Assembly (NCBI GenBank): GCA_964516875.1
Contig: CAZFAO010000002.1
Span: 57,681-121,680, forward strand
DNA length: 64,000 nucleotides
Source of the DNA: an uncultured Burkholderiales bacterium
GTDB taxonomy: Bacteria > Actinomycetota > Acidimicrobiia > IMCC26256 > JAGPDB01
Reading direction: 5' to 3'
The position numbers and the translations under genes are program-made. Numbering within the stretch: position 1 is the stretch's first letter; each line of letters starts with the position of its first letter. Shown here piece after piece: positions 56,801-64,000 of the stretch. Below the pieces are notes generated by a model, which was not told the origin of the DNA, made no database searches, and was given only the letters and a program-made list of their open reading frames with translations.

Positions 56801-57298
56801 GAGAACATTTTCCAAATCGTCCGGAGATGCTGTACCGTAAATCCTGTAGTGAACAACACCGTCGACAACAAATAATGTTTGAGGAATACTTCGAAGGCCC
56901 AGGTTGTTTTCTATTTTTCCTGTTGTTTTGATTGTTGTCTCAAATTTTCCGTATTCTTTTTCAAACTTATTTATTTCAGGAATCACATCACGATAAGCAA
57001 TACCTACTAAATCAACATTTTTATGTTTGTCGGCAAACTCCTGTGAATCGGGAACACCTTCTCTGCAGGGCAAGCACCAAGAAGCGAACACTTCATAGAC
57101 AGTAATGTCACGATGTGTTGATGATGCGTATTCGTTTCCATCGATATCGGTTGCGCTAAACGCTGTTATCTTCGATGACGTTTTCACAATGCTGGCATCG
57201 GTGGATTTATTATTCAACACCGACGTATATCCCACAAAGAAAATGAGCAGCGCAAGACCGATGACGCCAGCGAGAACAAGGAGGTACTTCGTTTTCAT
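56768..57298 (-). CDS. TlpA/ResA-like membrane-anchored thioredoxin
   Basis: N-terminal TM; FASWCLPCRE; IPQT cis-Pro loop. Confidence 0.9.
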   Translation of the reverse strand: MKTKYLLVLAGVIGLALLIFFVGYTSVLNNKSTDASIVKTSSKITAFSATDIDGNEYASSTHRDITVYEVFASWCLPCREGVPDSQEFADKHKNVDLVGIAYRDVIPEINKFEKEYGKFETTIKTTGKIENNLGLRSIPQTLFVVDGVVHYRIYGTASPDDLENVLSLVEGELASS

Positions 57299-58218
57299 TT
57301 GACCACCGAGTCGACAGCAATGGATATGAAAAGCAGTGCAAGATAGCCGTTAGAAATATGAAAAAATCTCATGAATCGTCCACGGTGAAGTGATTCGTGT
57401 TTTTTCGCAAGGATCGCTGCTTCGTAGGAAAACCAGATGCCGAGTACAACTGCAGTGATGGAATAGATCAATCCAAGGTTTTTATCAAAAATAAGAACGA
57501 ATGAAGTAAGCGATGTAAGAAGCGTGTAGACAAGCATTGCGCGAGAAGTATATTTTTTGCCTCGGGTAATGGGCATCATGGGGAATCCACCCCGTCGATA
57601 ATCGTCTTCATGGAAAACAGCGAGAGCCCAAAAGTGTGCGGGTGTCCAGAAGAATACAACCATGAACATCGTTAGAGCCTGCCATGTCACAGTGGCCGTC
57701 ACGGCTGAGTATCCAATGATGACAGGCAAAGCACCCGCTGCACCGCCAATGACAATGTTTTGGTCTGTGCGTGGCTTGAGCCAAATCGTATAGATCACAA
57801 CGTAGACAAAAGAAGCTAAAAGCGTAAATGCTGCAGCAACGAGATTACATGTCAGTGCAACAATAGCGAGAGAAAGAATTTGCGACGTGATGGCAACGGT
57901 CCATGCAAAACGAGAAGATAAACGATTTTGCGCCATGGGCCGTCGACGCGTACGGTTCATATTTATGTCGGTATCTTTTTCAAGGATGGAATTGATTGCG
58001 TTCGATGAACCTGCTGCGAGTGTTCCTCCGATGAGAACTCCAAAAATTTGTACAGGATGGGGATATCCCTGCGACGCTAAAAACATTGCAGGCAGTGCTG
58101 TTGTAATGAGCAGCTCGATGACACGGGGTTTGCAGAGTGCAATGACTTCAGAAAGAAGAGAAGGGTGCTCTTGTGCGATTTCTGTCGTTTCGCTCATCGG
58201 TGATTGTGGTGCTGACAT
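57295..58218 (-). CDS. ctaB: Protoheme IX farnesyltransferase (heme O synthase)
   Basis: KPRVIELL, DINMNRTRRRP, YTIWLKPRTDQNIVIGG, WTPAHFWAL, DDYRRGGFPM. Confidence 0.97.
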   Translation of the reverse strand: MSAPQSPMSETTEIAQEHPSLLSEVIALCKPRVIELLITTALPAMFLASQGYPHPVQIFGVLIGGTLAAGSSNAINSILEKDTDINMNRTRRRPMAQNRLSSRFAWTVAITSQILSLAIVALTCNLVAAAFTLLASFVYVVIYTIWLKPRTDQNIVIGGAAGALPVIIGYSAVTATVTWQALTMFMVVFFWTPAHFWALAVFHEDDYRRGGFPMMPITRGKKYTSRAMLVYTLLTSLTSFVLIFDKNLGLIYSITAVVLGIWFSYEAAILAKKHESLHRGRFMRFFHISNGYLALLFISIAVDSVVK

Positions 58219-58277
58219 AGCGAATCTATCGTAGTTTGACTTAGAGCTAGGGTAAGAAAAGAAACTAGATTACACCT

Positions 58278-58619
58278 ATGACTCAACACCAAGGAGAAGG
58301 AACAAACGTCGACACTGCACTGCGTATGATGGGGGACAAGGTGCTAATCGTCCCCTCGGATGAAGACGGAGAACGCGCGACGCGTGGTGGGCTTGTCATT
58401 CCTGCAACCGCCAATAACGATCGTCGCTTACGGTGGGGTGAAGTCATCACCGTTGGACCCAATACTCGACACATAAGTCCTGGAGATCGCGTGCTCTATG
58501 CTCCGGAATCAGGTTATGAAGTCGAAATCCAGGGTGACCCGTACCTCATTTTGCGTGAACGCGATATCCACGCGTCTGCAATTTCTCATCACGATGCAGA
58601 ACCAGGTCTGTATCTCTAG
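58278..58619 (+). CDS. Co-chaperonin GroES-like protein (orphan paralogue)
   Basis: MGDKVLI, TRGGLVIP, GEVITVGP, GDRVLY, YLILRERDIHA; no groEL adjacent. Confidence 0.88.
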   Translation: MTQHQGEGTNVDTALRMMGDKVLIVPSDEDGERATRGGLVIPATANNDRRLRWGEVITVGPNTRHISPGDRVLYAPESGYEVEIQGDPYLILRERDIHASAISHHDAEPGLYL

Positions 58620-58643
58620 AGAATCATCGGGTAGTGTTTTGAG

Positions 58644-58835
58644 ATGGACGAAATAAATTCTTTACTCATTGATGTACGTGAACGAGTGCGAGATCATGCA
58701 CTGTCGCTGTTGAGTGATGCTGTGTATCGTGGTGATGAAAACGCAAAAGCGCTCGAGCGTCAATGTGCAAAAATATCACGCGCTCTCGATAAAGCAATTC
58801 ATGAGTGCGGTGTGCTCGACAAGATGACGACGTAA
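58644..58835 (+). CDS. Small helical hypothetical protein
   Basis: 63 aa; TAGTGT hexamer 6 nt before the ATG; fills gap downstream of groES-like gene. Confidence 0.65.
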   Translation: MDEINSLLIDVRERVRDHALSLLSDAVYRGDENAKALERQCAKISRALDKAIHECGVLDKMTT

Positions 58836-58850
58836 TGAAACCGTGAAGTG

Positions 58851-59888
58851 CTAATACTCGTTGAGTTTGTTGATGAGCAATCGGATGTCTGCCCAGTGAC
58901 GTTTATCAAAGTTCATGCGCAATCGCGCTAAGCCGAGATGATCGTTCTCTTCTTGCTCGTCATCGCTGGGTTCACATCGATCGATTTCACCTGAGGTAAT
59001 GATATGTGCAAAGTCTTTATTCAATGCAGTGAGTGCAGCATCGGGAATAGCGTTCTTCATTCGCAAAACTAAAATTCCTGAAACAAATCGTTGAGAGTGG
59101 TAATTGCTGTAAAAAGAAGTGAGCTCATCAGCTGCTTTTTCAACAGAATCTGTCACAAGAAAAAGGTTGAGATCTGTTTCGTTAATGTAATTATCAGCAA
59201 GGAGTTCAGCAACGATAAAGTTTTCCCATCGTTTCCAATAGTCTCCCCCCTGTTCATCAAGAAAAACAATCGGCGTAGGAACAGACTTACCTGTCTGCAC
59301 CAAGGTTAAAAGCTCAAAGCCTTCGTCCATGGTTCCAAATCCTCCCGGCATGAGAACAAAACCACTGGACTCTTTCATAAACATCAATTTACGTGTGAAA
59401 AAATATCGGAAGTTAATAAGTTTGGGGTCGCCCGTAATGAATTGAGATGTTGTGGATTCAAACGGTAATTTAATTCCGACGCCAAAAGCCATCGCCTGAC
59501 CAGCGCCTTCGATGCCCGCTGTCATAATTCCAGGCCCTGCACCGGTAATGACCATCCATTCGCGTTTAACAAGTTCGGCTGCCATGGAACGAGCTTGTTC
59601 ATAGAGCGGGTGATCGATGGCAGTACGTGCAGAACCAAAGATGGATGCTTTTCGTTGGTCTCGATAGGGTGCAAAAACGTCAAACGCATAGCGCATTTCT
59701 TTCAATGCTGCGCTTGCGATTTTTAAATCTCCACGGTCGGCAAATTCTCTACTCATACGAAGTGCGGACGTAATGATTTCTTGGACTAAGTCAGCGTTAT
59801 GCTCATCTCCACCAGCGGCGGTGACGATTTCAGAAATTTGCGCGTCAATTTCGGGATCGCCGATGCGATATCTCGGAATTCGCTTCAT
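58851..59888 (-). CDS. LOG family (TIGR00730-like) nucleotide phosphoribohydrolase, long form
   Basis: IFGSAR, VITGAGPGIM, FRYFFTRKLMF, MPGGFGTMDE; SD AAGGAG before ATG 59888. Confidence 0.92.
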   Translation of the reverse strand: MKRIPRYRIGDPEIDAQISEIVTAAGGDEHNADLVQEIITSALRMSREFADRGDLKIASAALKEMRYAFDVFAPYRDQRKASIFGSARTAIDHPLYEQARSMAAELVKREWMVITGAGPGIMTAGIEGAGQAMAFGVGIKLPFESTTSQFITGDPKLINFRYFFTRKLMFMKESSGFVLMPGGFGTMDEGFELLTLVQTGKSVPTPIVFLDEQGGDYWKRWENFIVAELLADNYINETDLNLFLVTDSVEKAADELTSFYSNYHSQRFVSGILVLRMKNAIPDAALTALNKDFAHIITSGEIDRCEPSDDEQEENDHLGLARLRMNFDKRHWADIRLLINKLNEY

Positions 59889-59969
59889 GTGGGCTCCTTT
59901 GCCCATTCGGGCGTGTGATCTCAGCAGTCACACTAGCGCAGGTCAGCAGATAAATCAGATAACAAAAAA

Positions 59970-60962
59970 CTACGAGTATTTTGAAGCAATTTGGGTAAGG
60001 TCGGAAATTACAATGCGGGATCCAACATGGGCAATGACGCGAGTGGCGAGCTCAACACCCCATTGAGCGCTCTCGCGCAGTGTGCGATGAGAAAGAATCC
60101 CCGATAAGAAACCGGCAGCAAATTGATCACCAGCACCAGTGAGGTCAACGAGTTTTTCTGGCGCCTGAGCAGGTACTGAAAAAATGGTTTCGCCATCTGT
60201 CACGGTACACCCACGCGATGATTGTGTGACAACAGTGATGTCGCTGCATAAATGTTTATTCGCTATGAGGATTTCGTTCGTTATCTCTTGTTCGGCAATG
60301 TCGAAGAGCCGACAAAATTCAGCTTCATTGCCAATTGCGATATCCGCATGTTTCGTCAGTTCAATAAAATCAGAATGGTGCCTATCAACACATGCTGCGT
60401 CACTCAGCGAGATTGCAACTTTATTTCCACACGAGTGAACAATTTCAACGGCTTTATTTGCAGCATTCTTTTGGTCGCGTGTGTCGTACGCATATCCTTC
60501 AATATATAAAAGTTTCGCATGGGAAAGTTCTTTGTCCCACGAATGTGGTGAAACGTGTGATGCAGCTCCGAGATGAGTATGCATTGTTCTTTCCGAATCA
60601 GGAGTAATCAAAATAACGCTGGTGCCTGTAATCCCTTCGACATCGCCGAGAAGGGGAGTAACTCCGAGCGTGACGAGATCATTGAAATAAAATTCGCCCC
60701 AGCTGTCATGGGCGACGCAACCGATGAATCCAGCATTTAAGTTCATTCCAGCAATTGATGCAATGGTGTTAGCTGCTGAACCGCCGGACATCTGAGTAAA
60801 ACTATCGAGTTCGCGCAGAATCTCCGTTTGGGATTCCTGTGAGGATAACTGCATTGAGGATTTTGTCAATTGATGTGATGCAAGAAAATATTCATCGACG
60901 AAGGACAAAATATCGACAATTGCATTACCCATTCCAATAATGTCAAAGTGAGAACTTGTCAT
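59970..60962 (-). CDS. PfkB-family kinase (adenosine/inosine kinase-like)
   Basis: GMGNAIVD, SGGSAANT, ERTMHTHLGA, DLTGAGDQFAAGF. Confidence 0.92.
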   Translation of the reverse strand: MTSSHFDIIGMGNAIVDILSFVDEYFLASHQLTKSSMQLSSQESQTEILRELDSFTQMSGGSAANTIASIAGMNLNAGFIGCVAHDSWGEFYFNDLVTLGVTPLLGDVEGITGTSVILITPDSERTMHTHLGAASHVSPHSWDKELSHAKLLYIEGYAYDTRDQKNAANKAVEIVHSCGNKVAISLSDAACVDRHHSDFIELTKHADIAIGNEAEFCRLFDIAEQEITNEILIANKHLCSDITVVTQSSRGCTVTDGETIFSVPAQAPEKLVDLTGAGDQFAAGFLSGILSHRTLRESAQWGVELATRVIAHVGSRIVISDLTQIASKYS

Positions 60963-60980
60963 AAAAAGCTAACTATTTCG

Positions 60981-62243
60981 TTACGCACCAGGACGTATGA
61001 CAGGTAAGTTAGAAGATCGTTCTGGGCGCACGTCTGATTTTTTCTCAGCTTTCTCTTCAAGGGTGAGATCAACGACCACAGGAACAGAAGCTGTTTTCGG
61101 TTCGTGAGAAAAGTTTCCCGCGCCAGAATCTAATGGGCTTGTATGTAAATACCCTGATGAATTCACGAGCTGAGCAACTTTACTGCGAAGGTGTTCGGCA
61201 ACGAATCCCGGTCTATTAATAAATTCAGGATAAATAGCTGCACGGGCACGAAGTTTCTTCCCGATATCAAGCAATTGACGTGAAAGCGTGTGGAGATGTG
61301 GCCATGGTTTTTCTGGGTTGACGTAATCAATGGTGACCGGCGAGATTCCACCAAGGTCATCAACACCTGCTCGAATTAAATCTGTCACCGACGAAGCAAG
61401 ATTCGGCGGAGCTTGAATATGCGTTGTGTTTTCAAAGATAAGACGAGCTGCAGCAACGCTCCACAAATGTTCTTCATCTTCGCATGCGGGTTCAGAAGCC
61501 ATTCCTGTCGCGGGTTTTGGAAGAAAATTTTGGATGATAATTTCTTGGATGTGACCATAGCGAGCGTTGAGGTCCCGGATGGCGAGCAAACCTTCAATCC
61601 GTTCGTGCCGAGTATCTCCAATGCCGACGAGCATTCCTGTCGTAAAAGGAACTTGCACACGTCCAGCTGCTTCCAGTGTTGCCAGTCGGCGTGCGGGTGT
61701 TTTATCAGGCGAACCAAAATGGGGACCTCCGGGTTCACAGAGACGACCAGCGATTGATTCGAGCATCATCCCTTGAGAGATGCTGACTTCTTTCAGTTTG
61801 CGAAGGTCGCGATCGGCGACGGCGCCGGGGTTCACGTGCGGCAATAAACCAAATTCATGGATCACCATACGCGAAGCGGCGACAAGATAATCAATGGTTG
61901 ATGCGTAACTATTATCTGTGAGCCATTGTGCTGCAATGTCGTAGCGTTTTTCGGGTGCTTCGCCCAAAGTGAAGAGTGCTTCGGCGCAAAAATGTTCGAC
62001 ACCCTGTTGGCACACATTTCGAATAGCAGCCATGGACATATAAGGTGTATCGAGCTGTGAAGGGCTTTGTGCGAACGTGCAATACGAGCACGTGTCTTGG
62101 CACAAATGAGTTAATGGGAGAAAAACTTTTGGAGAATAGGTGATGTAGTGACGAGAAAAATCATCACGAATCGCACTCGCAGAATCAGCGATATCAGCAA
62201 ACGTGAAACGTGATAATCGAAACGCTTCATCGGTGCTTAACAT
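60981..62243 (-). CDS. cofG: 7,8-didemethyl-8-hydroxy-5-deazariboflavin (FO) synthase subunit CofG
   Basis: ITYSPKVFLPLTHLCQDTCSYCTF radical SAM motif, LPHVNPG, PFTTGMLVGIG, QEIIIQNF, IQAPPNL, DYVNPEKPWP. Confidence 0.92.
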   Translation of the reverse strand: MLSTDEAFRLSRFTFADIADSASAIRDDFSRHYITYSPKVFLPLTHLCQDTCSYCTFAQSPSQLDTPYMSMAAIRNVCQQGVEHFCAEALFTLGEAPEKRYDIAAQWLTDNSYASTIDYLVAASRMVIHEFGLLPHVNPGAVADRDLRKLKEVSISQGMMLESIAGRLCEPGGPHFGSPDKTPARRLATLEAAGRVQVPFTTGMLVGIGDTRHERIEGLLAIRDLNARYGHIQEIIIQNFLPKPATGMASEPACEDEEHLWSVAAARLIFENTTHIQAPPNLASSVTDLIRAGVDDLGGISPVTIDYVNPEKPWPHLHTLSRQLLDIGKKLRARAAIYPEFINRPGFVAEHLRSKVAQLVNSSGYLHTSPLDSGAGNFSHEPKTASVPVVVDLTLEEKAEKKSDVRPERSSNLPVIRPGA

Positions 62244-62265
62244 ATGTCCAGTTTATAACGTATTG

Positions 62266-63324
62266 TTATAGCTCGGCCAGACGTGCAGAAATACTTGCCA
62301 AGCATGACTCGTAGGATTTCTCAAACGAAGCAACACCTTCATCTTCGAGTTCTTTCATGATGGTATCAATCGGTGCCAGGTCCTGGAGCGCGGTCCATAT
62401 TCGATTGTTTTCATCGAGGCGAGATTCGAGGGGTGAATCAGGAAAGGAACCATCTGAGTTTTCGATTGCATCGATTGTTGTATGAGGTAATGTGTTCACC
62501 GTATTTTTCGTGATGAGCTCATCCACATAAAGAGTGGGTGAGTAGGCGGGGTTTTTAGTGGACGTTGATGCCCACAATGGCCGTTGAGCACTCGCTTGTT
62601 CAGTTTCATTAAAAAGATCTTGGAAAATCCCATAGACGATACCGGCGTTTGCAATAGCGCCCTTGCCTGCGAATTCTGAATTGGCGTCAAGATGCGCATC
62701 AATTTTGGTGTCGAGGCGAGAAATGAAAAACGAAGCAACGCTTTCAGGCGGACGTACATTGCCGGTTGTTCGTGCTCGAGCGACTCCTGCCTTGTATGCA
62801 GTAACGACCTCATTATAGCGTGCTTGCGAAAAAATCAATGTGACGTTCACAGGAATTGAATTTCCTACAACAGCTTCGATTGCTTCAAGACCTTCTTGTG
62901 TTGCCGGAATCTTAATCATGACATTGTCGCGCGAAATTCGTGCGTACAATTCATTTGCCTGCGCAATTGTTTCTGCTGTTGAGCGCGCCAAGAGAGGTGA
63001 AACTTCAACGCTGACATAACCATCACGTCCCTGCGTCCGATCGTAGACGGGTTTGAGGATATCGGCAGCATCTGTGATGTCACGACAGACAAGTTCCCAA
63101 TATGATTCCTCAGCGCTCAGTCCGCGCTCTTTGCACGAACGTAATGCGTCGTCGTAATCGGCAGAAGCTGATATTGCTTGATCAAATATTGTCGGGTTGG
63201 ATGTCACTCCCACGATTCCACGCGAGACGAGATCGGCCAGTTCTCCGGATTCAATGAGGGATCTCGAAAGATTGTCATACCAAGGCGACTGACCTCGTTG
63301 GTTGAGTTCGTGAAGTGATCTCAT
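62266..63324 (-). CDS. tal: Transaldolase
   Basis: PWYDNLSR, GVTSNPTIF, VSVEVSP, NVMIKIPAT, NVTLIFS, SVASFFISR, RPLWAST. Confidence 0.97.
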   Translation of the reverse strand: MRSLHELNQRGQSPWYDNLSRSLIESGELADLVSRGIVGVTSNPTIFDQAISASADYDDALRSCKERGLSAEESYWELVCRDITDAADILKPVYDRTQGRDGYVSVEVSPLLARSTAETIAQANELYARISRDNVMIKIPATQEGLEAIEAVVGNSIPVNVTLIFSQARYNEVVTAYKAGVARARTTGNVRPPESVASFFISRLDTKIDAHLDANSEFAGKGAIANAGIVYGIFQDLFNETEQASAQRPLWASTSTKNPAYSPTLYVDELITKNTVNTLPHTTIDAIENSDGSFPDSPLESRLDENNRIWTALQDLAPIDTIMKELEDEGVASFEKSYESCLASISARLAEL

Positions 63325-63341
63325 AATGTTCCTTTTGTCTG

Positions 63342-64000
63342 TTAAGGAAGGACGGACCTTCGGGTGGCGGCATCGACGATGGCTTGTGTTGTGATACCGA
63401 GATGAGTGAAGACTTCCGATCCCGGTGCAGATGCTCCGAACCGATCGATGCCGATAGTTTCGTCAGCAATGCCAGACCATCCAAATGTTGAAGCCGCTTC
63501 GACGCTGATGACAGGAACACCAGAAGGGAAGAGTGCACTCTTTTCTTCTTCGCTGAGATTGTGAAAACGCTCTAAACATGGAAGAGAAATAACTCGCGCA
63601 TTTATTGATTGTTCGGCAAGCTGTGAGGCTGCTTCGACACACAAGTGAACTTCAGAACCTGTTGACGCAAGAACAACGTCGGGTGATGCAACATCGTTGA
63701 GCGCATATGCACCGTTCGCGACACCCTGTCGTGCGCGCATTCCCGTAGTGTCAAGCGTTGGGATATTTTGACGAGTAAGGATGAGTGCAGTGGGTCCTTG
63801 TGCATGCTGCAGATGGTATTCAATTGCTGCAGCAGTTTCGTATCCGTCGGCTGGTCGCACAACGTTGAGTCCCGGCATCGCGCGAAGCGAGGCAAGGTGT
63901 TCAATAGGTTGATGAGTGGGACCATCTTCTCCAACACCAATTGAATCGTGCGAAAACACAAACAAAACAGGTGCTTTCGAAATTGCAGCAATGCGAAGAG
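63342..64000 (-). CDS. tkt: Transketolase, C-terminal part (5'-truncated by window edge)
   Basis: SHDSIGVGEDGPTHQPIEHL, LILTRQ, STGSEV, IDRFGASAP. Confidence 0.97.
   Translation of the reverse strand, partial: LRIAAISKAPVLFVFSHDSIGVGEDGPTHQPIEHLASLRAMPGLNVVRPADGYETAAAIEYHLQHAQGPTALILTRQNIPTLDTTGMRARQGVANGAYALNDVASPDVVLASTGSEVHLCVEAASQLAEQSINARVISLPCLERFHNLSEEEKSALFPSGVPVISVEAASTFGWSGIADETIGIDRFGASAPGSEVFTHLGITTQAIVDAATRRSVLP

Noticed and set aside
60963-61140. Frameshifted cofH half of an FbiC pseudogene
   Set aside because: The PfkB kinase starts 18 bp after the cofG stop and no second radical-SAM motif appears in any frame.

Overview
64 kb of gene-dense bacterial chromosome, GC roughly mid-40s % by eye. 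Gene order (polA-rpsA...coaE-uvrB...uvrA; uvrC-rapZ-yvcK-gap-pgk-tpiA-secG; ctaB/ABC; tal-tkt; cofG; ATP-grasp/alpha-E/transglutaminase), a GAAC-N4-GTTC LexA box and many leaderless TANNNT-N6-start promoters point to an Actinomycetota genome, most likely a low-GC Acidimicrobiia lineage (inference). Most of the window is housekeeping. The most unusual signals are: (1) a tRNA-Leu with an A34 anticodon (AAG), followed by a 65-bp tandem repeat that reiterates the tRNA 3' end including CCA, at the edge of a ~8 kb block of accessory surface/membrane genes; (2) a sigma-70-like protein whose promoter-melting and -35-reading residues are replaced; (3) two families of dispersed palindromic REP/MITE-like elements that co-occur on both sides of a Pif1 helicase-ACT-ORFan block; (4) whiA missing from its usual operon; (5) an ATP-grasp/alpha-E/transglutaminase operon with a poly-Gln tail and no Anbu peptidase; (6) a 22-bp bidirectional leaderless promoter. 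No CRISPR array, rRNA, integrase or transposase was found.
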